From contig CBEUCJ010000005.1 of assembly GCA_965541615.1 (NCBI GenBank), positions 110,251 to 174,250 on the forward strand: a DNA stretch of 64,000 nucleotides, read 5' to 3'. The DNA is from an uncultured bacterium (lineage in GTDB: Bacteria; Omnitrophota; Gorgyraeia; Duberdicusellales; CBEUCJ01). A program made the position numbers and the translations under genes. The notes beneath the pieces are model-generated. The model searched no databases and was not told the DNA's origin. It saw only the letters and a list, made by a program, of their open reading frames with translations. This document shows positions 32,701 through 47,700 of this stretch, piece after piece (position 1 is the stretch's first letter; each line of letters begins with the position of its first letter).

Positions 32701-35700
32701 AACAGAAAGTCTTTCAATTAAAGAATTAATCTTTTCAGAAGGATAGTTCTTAATTTCAAAGAACTTTTCCTTTATATCTAACTTAAGAGACCAACCTTCT
32801 TTTTTTAGTTGATAATGTAAATCTCTAAATCTCTCTTCAAATTCTTTCCTTTTCTCTTCAAAAAATTCTTTTTCTTTTTTCTTTTTTTCTTTTTGAAGCT
32901 TTTTTATTTTTCGGAAGAAACTTTTTGAAGATTTTCTTCTTCTCTTACATAGTTTTTGAAATACTTCTTGAAATCTCTCGTAAAATTCCTGTAAGATTTT
33001 TTTATACTCCTCATAAACCTTCTCAAACTCTTTATGGACTTCTTCAAAATCTTTACTAAATCTCTTATAAATTTCTTCAATTTCTTTTACAGGATAAAAT
33101 TTCTCTATTTCTTTTAAAATAAAGATTAAGATTATTTTCTCTTCATTTTCTTTTATCTTTTTTATTTTTTCCTCTGCATCTTTAACAAAATTCTCAAATA
33201 CCTCTACTCTTTTCTCTCCTTGAAGAGCCTTTTTAAATTTGAGAAGCTCTTCTCTTTCATTAAATAGGTACTTTATTATTTGAAAAATCTTTCTAACATT
33301 AACAGTTTGAGGTTTTTTCTTATACTTTACATCAACAACTACACGATTTCCTTTATCATCCAGTATAGGGTAACCTTCTCTATCTTCAATAAACTTTACA
33401 AAACGTTTCTTTCCATTTATTACTTTAGCCTCAACTTTAGCTTCAGGAAACTGACTAATGCTAAGCCAGTAATCTCCTACTTCTAAAATTCCCTTTTTAT
33501 CTGTTCTAATATTGGAAATAATATAGCTCTTTAACTCAGTGCCATCTGGAAGGATTAGTTTACCACAACTCAATTTTTCAAAAACACCAATTAACTCTCC
33601 TTTCTCAAAAGATTCAGGAGAGGCGTTTTCAGGTACTTTATAAATTAAAGATAATTCTTTGGTAATTGAAGGTTTTCCTTCTTCATCTTTTACTGTAACA
33701 GATAATATAAATGCTTTTTTTCCTGTAGGATTCAAAATTTTAATAATATCAGCTCTCTTATGACTGTAAAGTTTGCCAAAATTTACCCAATACTTACCAC
33801 CGAGATAAAGTAAACCACATTTATTTAAACGATAATTATGGATTTCATAATCTTCATTTAGCAGATTGAATTCATCTTCAGATAGCTTTTCCCAGAAAGA
33901 AGTTGTGTACTTTCTAATAGATTTTTTCCAAACAAGGGCAAATTCTACATCTAAATCTGTTTCTAAAGAAAATACTCTAAAAATGATCCCTTCTTTAACT
34001 ATTAATCCTACTTTCTCATTTTCGTGTGCAGCACCAAAATGTGCCCAAAATCGTGGTTTCTTAGGCAAACTACCATCGACTAAAGGTCTTCCTCCTCCTA
34101 TCCATAACATGCCTTCTTTTTTTAAGTAGGTATAAATAGTAACATCTTTATACTTAACAAATTTTCTAAAAGGAATTTTCCCAATATAAACATCAATAAT
34201 TTCTCCTGTTTTATTGTCTCTAACCTGCAAAAATTCTTTTAAGAAACTATCCTTTAAGAAAAATATTCTCATAGGTATACCGTCTTTCATCTCCAATTCA
34301 TACTCCAAGTTAGCATAAGCTTCTGACTTTATGTGGGATTTACCTAATCTTAACTCTCCACTTTTAGGAAGCTTTCCTTTAATGATTACATGCCCTAATT
34401 TTTTTATATACTCTTGCTTTTCTCTGTGAGGTATCTCATCCTTATTTATTACTTTTATTTTCTCTTTACCACCAAAAGACCTCTCAATCAATTTCTCCCA
34501 GATATACCTTCTCAATTCTTTTTTATTTAGATCTATTCCTCCTTCTTTTGGATGAAAAATTGCTTTCTGCAAAAGGATTATTCCTTTTTCCCCTTTATTG
34601 AGAAGTTCTTCTACTTTTTCTTTTGTTATCTCTTTTATAAGTGAACTAGAGGAAGTTAGCTCTTTAATTGTCTCTTCTACTCTATTGGTAATCTTAAATA
34701 AATTTAAATCATCTTCTCTTATATATCTTTTCTTTAAAAGCGCCTTTCTTATCCATTCATGCCATCTTTGCCAGTAGTCTTCACCGAACAATATTATCTT
34801 GCGCTTCCTTGTTTTCTTAGTTTGGATTAAAACGAGAATTTCAAATAAAATATCTAAAGTCCTAAAATCAGCAGGAAAGAATACAAAACTATCACTGTGT
34901 TTTGTTAAAGCTATTTTCTGTAGGAAAATATAGTTCAGTTTAAGAATTAAATTTGTAAATACTGAGAAGTTGTATCTTTTTGTGACTACTCCTACAGATT
35001 TTGCATTAATTAAATTTTCAGTTTGAGCTTTCTTTATTCCTCTGCCTAAAGCTTGATAGATTCCACTTTTAGATAAATGCAATATATTAAAATTTTTCTT
35101 AGCTAAATAAAAACTTAACTCTTCTGCACAGTTCCCATTTCCAATAGCATAAAAGACTTTATTTATCTTCTCTATTTCTTCTTTCATCATTTCTAATTTT
35201 TTCCTAATGAACAAAGAGGAAGAGGATTTCTCTGCAGAAGAAATATAAATTATAGAAAATTCTTTTGATTCTTCACTGAAAAGAGAAGGTAATAAAGGTC
35301 TCTCTGTTTTATAGATAATTTTAAAACCTGCTTTTCTGACTATTGCTGAAAGTTCTTTTAATCTGTAAAAACCTTCTGCTAAATTTTTGGTATTTTGAGA
35401 AGAGGTAAATTTAGGATTAATAATAATCAATTTACCTTTAGTTTTAAGAACCCGTTTAACTTCAAAAAGTGATTTGAAAGCATCCATATGGGGGAGAGAA
35501 TAAGGAAATATTACTACATCAAAAAAATTAGATTTAAAAGGAAGATGATGGACATCGGCTACTATTGTTTTTAAATCTTGGTTTTTGACAGCCTTTGCCA
35601 TTTCAAGTACAATATTCACACAAATAATTTGGTTATTTCTTGCAAGTTCTTTTTCTAACTCTCCTCTTCCGCTACCCACAGAAAGAATTTTTTTATTTTT

Positions 35701-38700
35701 TATTTCCCGAGATAAAAAGAAAATTAGCTCAGGCATTGAAATAACAGTGTAAAACTTCAAAAATTTAAGAGGGATTTTCTTCCAACCTTCTTTACCTATT
35801 TGTTTGTAAGCTTCATAAGCAAAAGGTGGGAAATTTTTCTTCAAGATAGAAGAAGCTCTTCCATTCTTAGAAAATTCACTGATTAACTTGCGTAATTTAT
35901 CTAATACTTTCTTTATCTCCTTTTCTTTAGGTTGAACTCCATAAGGAAAGGAGTTTAAAATCCAGGATAAAATTATTTCCTGCTCCTTTTTAGAAAGACA
36001 TCTAAACGCTTGAGTCAAAATTTCGTTTTCAAAGATGCCCTTCTTTAACTCTTCTAATCTTATCTTGTTTATTACCTCTTCTTCAACAGAGATTCTCTGG
36101 CCAGAAAGAATCTTCTTCAAAGTCAGAAGATTTCTACTATTATGGTTAATGTGACTTTCTCTTAGAGGAGCTTCTAAAAAAATATTTCTGTACAAAATTC
36201 TATTATTCTGCTTACGTAAATCTTTATAGAATCTCTTTAAATCTTCTTTAACATAATCTTGAAAGGGAAGTACTGTTTTACTATTCAACTTCAGCTCAGT
36301 ATATCTATCGACTATCTCATATAATCTTATCACTCCCTCACTTATTAAATCTTCATAATAGTCTGAAGAGGGATTAAAAATTTCAGCTACTACCCTCTTA
36401 ACCAGCCAAATATAACTCTCAACAAATAAACTCTTTGCCTTCTTATCACCCTCTTGAATTTTTCTCATTAATTCTACTTCTTCAGTGGAACTAAAAGTTT
36501 TTGGATTGTTATAATAGTTTTTTATAGTGAAAGGAACTGAAGGCTTCTTTCTTTCTTTCTCAATCCCCTGGCAAATTTCTAAATACTTTTTTGCTTTTAC
36601 AAGTAAATTTTCTCTCTCGGGGAAATCAGTCAAATTCTTTCTTAATATTCTTATTAAGTGTTTGAATTTACAGATTGCTTGCTTGTATTTCCTTTGAGAA
36701 AATAACTTTTTGCCCTTTTGATAAAGAGTTTGTATACACGACAATTGTTTTTTTAATTCTTTTTGTTGCTTTTTTAACTTTTGTTTCTCTAATCTTTTCT
36801 CTCGCTTTTCTAACTTTTCTTTTCTTCTTAATTCTTCAATATGACTCTTTGCCTTTTCAGAAAGCTCCTCTTCTTCTCTAATAGGAATCACTCTTCTTTT
36901 TCTTATACGAATTATCTCACTAAATAACTTCTTAGCTTTTCTATATCTACCTTCAGAAAGCAATTTTTCTGCTCGAGTATAGAGCTCCCTAGAAGTCTCT
37001 GATCTCAAACTCTGCAAAAGTTGAGATCTTTTTAATATCTGTCTTTTTATACTTTTTTTAACATCAACAACTAAAGGATTCCCTTCAACATCCAGTATGG
37101 GATTACCTTCTTTATCTTTAATAAACTTTACGAAACGCTTTTCTCCATCTACCACCTTAGCTTCAACTTCAGCTCCAGGAAAGTAACTAAATTTACCCCA
37201 ATAACCCCCTACATCTAAAATCCCATTAGTATCGACTTTGATATTGGAAATAACATATGTCTCTAATTTGGTGCCATCTGGAAGGATTAACTTATCACGC
37301 CTCAACTTCTCAAAAACCTCAACCAAATCTTCTTTAGCAAAAGATTCAGCAGGAGCATCTTGAGATACTGTATAAATTAAAGAAAGTTCTTTAGTAATTA
37401 AAGGTTCTCCTTTTTCATTTTTTACTGTAGCAGCTAAGATGAATGCTTTTCCCCCTGTAGGATTCAAAATTTTAATAATATCGACCCTCTTATAACTGTA
37501 AGGTGCACCAAAATCTATCCAATCCTCTCTACCACCAAGATGAAGTGAGCCATCTTTACTTAAACGATAATTGTGGATTTCATAGTCTTCATTTAGCAGA
37601 TTAAATTCATTTTCAAATAGTTTCCCCCAGAAAGAAGTTGTATACTTTTTCTCAGATTTTTTCCAAACAAGGGCAAATTCTACATCTAAATCTGTTTCTA
37701 AGGAAAATACTCTAAAGACCACCCCTTCTTTAACTACCACTGCTACCTTTTCGTTTTCATGCTCAATACCAAATTTTGCCCAATATCGGGGTTTCTTAGG
37801 CAAACTACCATCGACTAAAGGTCTTCCTCCTCCTATCCACAAAATACCTTCCTTTCCCAAATAGGTATGAATAGTAACGTCTCTATACTTATCAAATTTT
37901 CTACGGATGATTCTCCCGATATGAACATCAATGACTTCTCCTGTCTCATTATCTCTAACCTGCAAAAATTCTTTTAAGAAACTATCCTTTAAGAAAAATA
38001 TTCTCATAGGTATACCGTCTTTCATCTCCAATTCATACTCCAAGTTAGCATAAGCTTCTGACTTTATGTGGGATTTACCTAATCTTAACTCTCCACTTTT
38101 AGGAAGCTTTCCTTTAATGATTACATGCCCTAATTTTTTTATATACTCTTGCTTTTCTCTGTGAGGTATCTCATCCTTATTTATTACTTTTATTTTCTCT
38201 TTACCACCAAAAGACCTCTCAATCAATTTCTCCCAGATATACCTTCTCAATTCTTTTTTATTTAGATCTATTCCTCCTTCTTTTGGATGAAAAATTGCTT
38301 TCTGCAAAAGGATTATTCCTTTTTCCCCTTTATTGAGAAGTTCTTCTACTTTTTCTTTTGTTATCTCTTTTATAAGTGAACTAGAGGAAGTTAGCTCTTT
38401 AATTGTCTCTTCTACTCTATTGGTAATCTTAAATAAATTTAAATCATCTTCTCTTATATATCTTTTCTTTAAAAGCGCCTTTCTTATCCATTCATGCCAT
38501 CTTTGCCAGTAGTCTTCACCGAACAATATTATCTTGCGCTTCCTTGTTTTCTTAGTTTGGATTAAAACGAGAATTTCAAATAAAATATCTAAAGTCCTAA
38601 AATCAGCAGGAAAGAATACAAAACTATCACTGTGTTTTGTTAAAGCTATTTTCTGTAGGAAAATATAGTTCAGTTTAAGAATTAAATTTGTAAATACTGA

Positions 38701-41700
38701 GAAGTTGTATCTTTTTGTGACTACTCCTACAGATTTTGCATTAATTAAATTTTCAGTTTGAGCTTTCTTTATTCCTCTGCCTAAAGCTTGATAGATTCCA
38801 CTTTTAGATAAATGCAATATATTAAAATTTTTCTTAGCTAAATAAAAACTTAACTCTTCTGCACAATCATAATAGAAGCTATTTTTCTTAATATTTTGTG
38901 AACCAATGATTGCAACTGCAGGTTTTAAATTTAAAGAATAGATATTGGCTACATCTGATAATACTTTGTTCATATCTATTTTTTTAGACCTTCTTTTACA
39001 ATTTTTATCGAATAATTCCTTTATTTCAGAAAGAGAATCTTTTACAACAAAGCTTTTTAAATCTTCTTTATCTAAAAAACCTTCTTTGGCACTTTCTTCT
39101 AAAATTTTCTCTAAACCACCATAGAAATCTGTATCTAATAAAACTACAGGTACATCTTTTTCAATAACACCTTCTTTTTTAAGAGCTAATATTTCAAAAA
39201 TTTCATCTAAAGTTCCAAAACCACCTGGTAAACTTACAAACCCACACGATGATAAAACAAAAGCTAATTTTCTGCTGTAAAAATAATGAAAGAGTAAATT
39301 TAAACTCGCATAATTTTCTGTAGACTCAAAAGGAAGTCTCATTTTTAAACCTACAGTCTTTTTTGCCTCTTTTGAGACTGCTTCCATTAATCCTGGACCT
39401 CCACCAGTTACTATAAAATAATCACCACTTAGCAATCTACCTAAGTCTTTGGCTAAGTTATAGTAATAAGTGCCTTCTCTTTCCCTGGCTGAGCCAAAAA
39501 CACCAATACCTTTTTCGATCGATGATAAGACTTTATTGACTTTTTCTATCTCTTCTTTTACTTTTTTAAATCTTTGAAGTATTGAACTTGAAGATTTTGA
39601 ATCATCAATAATTGAAACTTTCTTAATAAGAATAAAAAATATCTCTTGGTCAATAAATTTCTCTATCTCTAAAGAAAACCTAAAAAGCAAATCTTTTATC
39701 TCTTCTTTTTCAGGTAATTTATCTAACGGAAAAGGAAGGAATTTCTTTAGTTTTTTATCTATAAATTCTTTTCCTTCAGGATGAGATATAATTATCTTTC
39801 CATCTTCTTTTAATACTCTAAAGGCTTTTTCTATAATCTTTTCTTTCTCTTTCAAATTAGACCAGACTGCATTAAAGAAAATATAATCTATAGAATTTTC
39901 TTCTAACTCATCTAATAAAGGAGAAACATCTTTATGATAAATCTCTAATTCGAAAATCTCATTAAATTGAGAATTTAATTTTTGATAATTTTCCTTTAGT
40001 TTCTCTATCATCTCTTTTGATAGCTCACAAGCAATTACTTTAGAAGGTCTGTATTTTGCAAAATAAGAAAATAACACTCCTGTACCTGCTCCTACATCTA
40101 AGATTACACTTTCAGGTTTAATTTGAGCTTCTTTTACTATCCTTTCTAATCTTTGCTTTAAATATGAGGGGAATCTATCTAAGCTTAAAATATCTGAAGT
40201 GTAATCAAAAAATCTTGCCTGAAGGTTGTAATACTCTTTGGTATTCTCTTTTAGTGAAGGAGGAGTTTCAACTAATTTAAGGAAAATAAGCAAATCTTTG
40301 ATTTGGGATTGAAATTTTTGAGGTAAGAACGATAACTCTATCTCATTTAAAGTCTTTCTTTTTGGAGGAGCATTGATTTTAATAACTGAAAGAAGTTTTT
40401 CTAAAATGGGCTTAGGTAAAACTTCTTTTAAATTTTCTTCTATTATTTTCAAAGCTAATCTGTACTGATTTTGAACATCTTCATAATGCCCCAGATTCTT
40501 AAACAACTGAGAATAGAAAGAAAGAATAATCTTCTTTATCTTAGAATCTATCTTTGAAGACTCAATTGGAGAAGAAGATCTTTCTAAAAATTCTTTTATT
40601 ACTTTACATTGCTTGAGTATCTCTTGTGGGGAAAATTCATTATTTATTATTACTCTTGCATATTCTTCTTCTCCAGGAAATAAATGGGTTTCAAGAAAAT
40701 AAAGAGCTCTTTTTTCTACTTGGGAAAGTTCTAAATAGTCAAAGTATCTCTCTGATTTTACCCAACGATATATGAAATTATGAATTAAATTCGCAGGTTC
40801 AGTTTTTACATACCACTTATCATCGAACTCATCTAAGAAACATCTGTATCTTAAAGCCTGTTCTCCTTCAATTATATAAATTTTATCTTTAGGAATTATG
40901 TACTCTAAGATGTCACCTGTTAAAGCGTCAATAAGTATTTTACTATCTTTTTCAATGCAAATATCTTTTAACTTAGTATTTTTTAAGTAATCTTCAACTT
41001 TTTTGGCTCTTTCAGGAGCTTTTATTTTTACTTCTTTAATTTTATTTTTCACCTCTTCTCCTACCAGTTCTATTAACCTTTTCTCTCTGATTTCAGAAGG
41101 AGCATCTAAAACCTCATAATCTAACTCCTCTTTAAAAAGTGCTCTTTTTCTTTCTTTTTCTATTTTTCTTAAATCTATTTTTAATCTATCTCTTATAATC
41201 TGTAAGTAAAAAGGAAGAACAAAAGGCTTTCCTTCAATTATATGATAGACACTAATCATAAATCTATCTATTTCAAAAGTATTATAAGGATAAGGTCTTT
41301 TGTCTGTTCTTCTGTCTTCAGGTAAAAGATATCTATCTACCTCAACAACACAAATCTTATCAGCTAAATACTTTAAATCTTTATCCATATATTCTTTTAA
41401 CTTCTTTATTAAATATCCTTTTCCAGAAGCAAATTCTCCTCCCAAAGCAATTATTAACCTTCCTTTTTTGAGTTCATACATTTTCTTTAATCTGTAAGCT
41501 AAAGTTTGAGGTGCTTCTTTTATGTTTAAATAGATGCGTTCTGCTAAATGACGTAAAGCAAACATTCTCCATTCTTTGTAAGATAAACTAAAGATACCAT
41601 TGATTATCGTAGCTGTATTCAAAATTATTGCTAAGTTATCTTCTTTTACAAAGAAAGAAAAGATACCTGCTAAAAGAGCAATTAAAGAACTCATAAATAC

Positions 41701-44700
41701 ACCTGCACCACCTATTGTTACTAATTGATGAAAACTACCTATTTTAGGATAGGTAATCCCTTTTTTTGAAATCTCTATCTTTAACCAATATCCTAACTTT
41801 AATCTGGCAACTAAACTGTGAGCAAATTCATGTAAAAAGATAGAGACCAAATATGTAAAGAACACTAAATTAATAATTTGAACAGGCTCAAATAATCTTC
41901 CAAATCGAATAAAGACCAAAACAAAAGAAATCACCAAAGCTGAGATTAATCTGTGCCAACTTAGAGCTATCTCAGAAGTATGTATTGAAGAAGAGGCTTT
42001 TTTCAGCTCTTTTGGAATATCTTGAAAATAAATTCTGGATATATTTTCTGTTATTCTCTTTACTTTGCTTACATTTTTTCTTTCCATTGCTTTCAGAATC
42101 TCTTTAAATTTTTCAGATAAGACAATTTCAAATTGCAAAGCGCAATATTTTTCTTTTCTAATTCTCCTGTAAATTTTAAAAGCTAAGTTTATGTAAAATA
42201 GAATTGAAAGAAAAGAGATAGCTATAGGAAGATTTTCTTTTTTAACTTCATAACCTATTATTGGAAAGTAATAGTGAGAAAATTTATCTTCAAAAAACTT
42301 GATTTTACCAAAATGTGAAAGGAAGGTTAAAATAATCTTTATCTCTTTTTGGAACTTTATTATTTCTTTTAAATATTTCTCCTTATCTATTTCTTTACTG
42401 AAAATTCCTTCATTGAAGAGCTCTATTCCTATCTCAAAATCTCCTTCAATAATTCCTAACTCCAACATAAAAATTAAGTTAGCAATAATTACATCTATAT
42501 GATGAGAAGTTATTATTAACTTTGGAGAGAGCTTTTCTATAGAGCTAAGTTCTTCTAACAAGAAAGATTTTGAAGAAGGATCTAAAATAATCTCTATGAA
42601 TTGATCAAAGAATATAGAATTTAAACCCCTGATATCATTGATAATCACATTAAATAATCTTTCTAAAAAGAAGGGGATCTCTTCAGAAAAGATCTCTTCA
42701 TTTACAAAATATCTGAATATAAACATATCCAAAAATAATTTTTCTCCTGAAAGAAAACTTTCTTGAAAACTCTTTGAAAAATCATTTAAAATAATTTTTC
42801 TTGTTATATAAGCTAATCTCAAAAGAGATTGAGGATCAAAACTAAATTTATTCTTTTCTAAATTCTTAAATATATCAAAGAGGATCTCAAATGGCGCTTT
42901 TTCAGAAAGTCTCAAAAGTTGTAGAGTTGCTCTTTCTCTTATTTTTCTATCCTGATTTTTTAACTTTTGAAGTAAATCATAGCAAGAAAGAGAGCTCAAT
43001 GAACTACTTGCATTTTTGGACTCTTTTCTTAAAGGAGGCAAAATTTCTTTTCTTATCAAAATATCCATAAATGCACTTAAAGCTAAAGCTGTATCTTTTG
43101 CTTGAGGAATTTCTAATAAAGTTTGAGGCCAATTCCAAAGGATAACAAAAAGATTTGAAGTAGAAAGACCACCTGTAATTGAAGCTAATTCTCTGATGCT
43201 ATTTAAAAGGGTAGCTCTTAAACTCATTATCATTTTTATAAGAGTTCCTATTAACTCAAATTCATCTTCTTTCACAAAGATCTCAACGATTTTATCTTCA
43301 ACTTTATATCTATATTTATTAAATCCTTCAAATTGCCATCTATACTCTAAGAGCTGTGGCAAAAAGAATAAAGGTCTATAACTTATCTGTGTCTCCATTG
43401 CTTTTAATGTAGAAAAAAGCTCAAAGATTTCTTTTGATAACTCTTGAAAAGCAGAAAGAAAATAGAAACTTCTGCCTATCTCTAACAATAATTCTTGAAG
43501 TTTTGAAATCTCCTCCAAACTAACATTCTGAACCCCTCTTAAATAATCTACCAATTTTATAAATTCGATTAATACTATCTCAGTTGAATCTAATAAATCA
43601 GACTGAACTTTTGGTACTTTACTTCTGATAAAATTAAATTTATTAAATACTCTTTGATAATAAGGTAAATCAAAGATAGAAGAACTGGTTTTAGAAATTT
43701 TTTCTTTTGCTTCTTTAGAAATTGTAATTTTATCTTCAATCTTTTCTTTTTTCTTTCCTTTCCTTAGAAACTCTTGGCTTTGAGATCTTTTTTGGAATCC
43801 TATTCTAAAAATAGATAAAATCTTTTGAATAGGCAAAATAGAAGAACTTGAAGAAGATAAAAGAGCTTTAAAGATTTTAAGGTAATCTAATAGATGTCTT
43901 ATACTTGAATAATTCAAAAATACATTATTTTGAGCTTCTTTTGCTCTTCTGTAAGCTTCTTTGGGATTTTTAAAGCATTCTAAAATCTTTCCTGCTGTCT
44001 CTTCAGGAGTATACTTTAATCTTCCTTCTATTTCTTTTCCTTTTACTCCATATCCATACTTATCCTCTCCTACTAAGTGTTTTGGTCCTCCTACATACCC
44101 TGCAATCACTAATTTTCTCTTACTCATACCTTCTACAATAGTTAAACCTAAACCTTCTTTTAAAGATTTCTGTAAGATGATTGTAGCCTCTCTCTGTAAA
44201 GCATTTATTATCAAAGGTGCATAATCTATGTTAATAATATAAATTTCTCCATTCCTCCAGATAGTTCCTTTAGGAATCAATTCTCTTTTCAAAGGTTTTG
44301 TCCTTCTAAGGTTTAAAGAATAGATTAATCCTTTTAGAATCTCTCCTGCTTCTGGATCGTCTTTAGCCATATTTCCTGCATAAACAAGCTGAATATTTAT
44401 ACCTTCATCCTCCAAAGCTTCTTTTGCCATCCTAAAAGCTTCTACTACTCCTTCAGGATCCTTCCAAGGATCAAATCTTGATATCTGTAGTATTAAAGGT
44501 TTATTTACATTTATTCCTAAACTCTCTAAAACATAGAAGATAAAACCTTCAGGTAAAGGTATATTTTTTGGAGATAACAGATTAATGCTTGCAGGAACAA
44601 GATATATAGGAATTTCATTTTCTAATTCTTTCAAAACAAATTCTTCAAAATGGAATATAGCTGCATCATATTCTTTAATAAAAGGTAACAGGTAATCTAC

Positions 44701-47700
44701 AATCTCTTGATTGGGAGAAGATAAGTCTATATGACATCTCCAAATTTTTTTTATATCTTTTTTAACTTTAGATAAAGCTAACAATACAGCTAAAAGAGGT
44801 TGAGGATCATGGCAAACTACAATATCAGCTTTTTCTAATTCATCTTTAATTCTATAAGCTATATATTTACTGTTTTCTTCATAAATCTTTTTCATCTCTT
44901 GTGTAAGCTTAATTTCTCTATTTCCTTGCAACATATTATGGAAAACTTTTGTAACCTCAAAGAATCTTTTATCTTTAGGTTTTATAACTACCCACTTTGT
45001 ATCTAAGCCTAAAGAATTTGATAAAGGTATCATCCATTCTAAAATCTCAGCTACTCCTCCGCCTACTCTTGTAGAATTTATATGCACTATTTTTACTCCT
45101 TTTAACTCCTTGCTGATTTTTCTTATTTCATTTATCTGGTTATTTATTCCTTCTATTACTCCTTTAGAGAGTCTTTCTTTTCTACACAGTTCTAATAAAA
45201 GTTCAACATATTTATTGAAACCTTCTTTTCTCCAGCTTAAATATTTCTTTTCCAATTCTAAAGTTTTATTTATAACTTTTCTGTAATCTGTGGGCTTTTT
45301 TGATTTTTTAAATATATAAAGTAAATTCTTTCTATCTACAATTAAAGGCTTTATTATTCCTAATTCTACAGCTAAATTTTCACATTCTCTTGCCTGTTTT
45401 TTCAACTCTATCAGAGTTTTCTGGATATCTTCTTTTGAAATACCTAATCTTTGTGCAATTCTGTCGATTAACTCTTTTATAAACCAATTCATTTCAATCT
45501 GTGATTCTCCTCCCAAAAATCCCACAGAAGGTATTCCTCTTCCTTTTTCTCTATATAAAGCCCAGCTGAATATGCTTAAAGGTAAAAACTTTCCTTTTTC
45601 TACTTCTAAGATTACATAATAGACATCTAAAAATTCAGATAAAATTTTATTTAATTCCTCAGATTCCTTTAATTTTTTAACGAATTCTTCAAATACTAAT
45701 GCCTTAAAGTATCTGTAAGATGATAACTCATCTTTAGAGAATCTACCTTTTAAAGAATTTTTGAGATAAAAACTAAATTCCTTCTCATTTAGAATTTCTC
45801 TTAAATAATCTGAGAATAATTCTATTTCTGAAAGGAGCACTCCTATGCGAGTAAGATAAAAAATGTAAGGATATTTTAGAGTAACTCCTTTGGGAAAAGG
45901 TGTAACCAAAATCTTTCCACACAGTAATTCTACAAAAGAAAGTTTTTTATCTTCTACTCTTGCCCATTTAATAAAATCTTTAGACTCTTCAACAATAAAA
46001 GCTATTTTTCTTACTTCGAACCACTCACTTTTAAAATTCTTAATCCAGTTTAAGAATTTATCTCGAACTTTTTCATTTATAAAATAATTCAAAATTAAAT
46101 TATCTACAGGTGAAAGTTCTTTAAAAATTTTCAATAAAGATTTATTTTCTTCTAAAAATCTCTTTATTATCTCCTCTTTTAAAAATAAACCTTCTTTAAT
46201 TTCTAAACATCCAGATAAGTTGTTTACTAATTCTTTTACACCTTTTTTAGAATAAATCTCTCCTTTTAATAACCCTTCTAATTTCTTTTCTACTTTACAA
46301 AATTCTTTTTCTAAAGCTCTTGCTTTCTTCTTACCTGAAAGAGCTAAATCTATTCCAAGAGACATTAAGAATCTTTCTCCTTTCTTCTTAACTTTTTCTA
46401 AAAGCTTTTCATATATATCAAAAACATCAACACCTTTTACTTTTTTAGGTATCCTTAAAGGAAATCCTTCTAAATACTCTAACATCACTTCTTCTTTAGA
46501 AGGAGGCAGATACATTAATTCTTTCTTCTTAAACTTCTTTTTAAACTTTTTGACTAATTTTGAAAACTCAATTATTTCTTTTTCTAATGATTCCTGAGCA
46601 TGCATTTTCTTTAAGTTTTCATCTTTTATCTCTTTGAGTTCCTTAAAGAAAGTAGCTAATCTTGCTCTATACAAAGCTACAAAGCAGTTTAGAATATCAC
46701 CTTTGGGAATATTTGAATAAAAGTAAGCTAAAATCAAACTAAATACAATTTTTGCCCAATCTGAAGGATCTAGTTTGAACTTTTCTATTTCTTTTTTGGT
46801 TAAATTCTCTAATTTTCTATAGAAGAAGGGAGGAAAGACTCTTTCATAGAGGTAAGTTTTATACCTTTTAAAATTGTCTATGAAAGACTTTATCTCTTCA
46901 GATACATTTAATTCAACAGGAGGTGCTCTTAAAAGAAGTGGTTCTCCGTAAAAAGGAGGTTTAACAGGTATAAACTCCTTTTTGGTATAGATATATTCAA
47001 AATTTCTCTCAATTTCATTAAAGAGTGTTTTTACAACTTCTCTTAATCTTAAAGGATATTTGTAAGGTGAATGTATTTGGAGTTTGGTCCCTAAATAAGT
47101 TTGGCAAATTTTTAAATTACTTACGATAGCTTTTATACACAAATAAATATCTATTCCATACCTACCAACATCTGTCTTAAAAAATAATTCTTCTTCATCT
47201 TCTAATAAAGCTTTGAAAGCATTTTTATTTATAGCATAAACTCCTCCTATAGGTTCTTCTATCTCATATCCAAAAAGAGTAAGTAAAATAGGTCTTACTA
47301 TGTGATCAGTAATTCTTTTTCCCTCAATAGGTCTATTAAATACAGGAAATACAAAATCATAACCTGCCATTATAGGTTCATATAATTTTCTTATCCACTC
47401 AGGCTGAATTCCCTGGTTTTCTTTTCTTAATAAATCTGCTTCTAAAATAATCAAATCAGAATTTAAATTTTGTGCTTTTTCTATCATCTCTCTAATCGCC
47501 CATCCTTTTCCTTCTTTTCTTCTTTCTAAAACAACAAATTCTCCATCTATCTTTTCTTCTTCAAAAATCTTTTTGATCTTTTCTTCCCATCTTTTACCAA
47601 TAAAAGAACTTATGATCAAAAATTTAGCTACTTTCTCAGGATAAATTTTTAAACCTTCTTTAGCTGTCTTTAAAACTCCTTTTAAAGTCTTCAACTCCTT

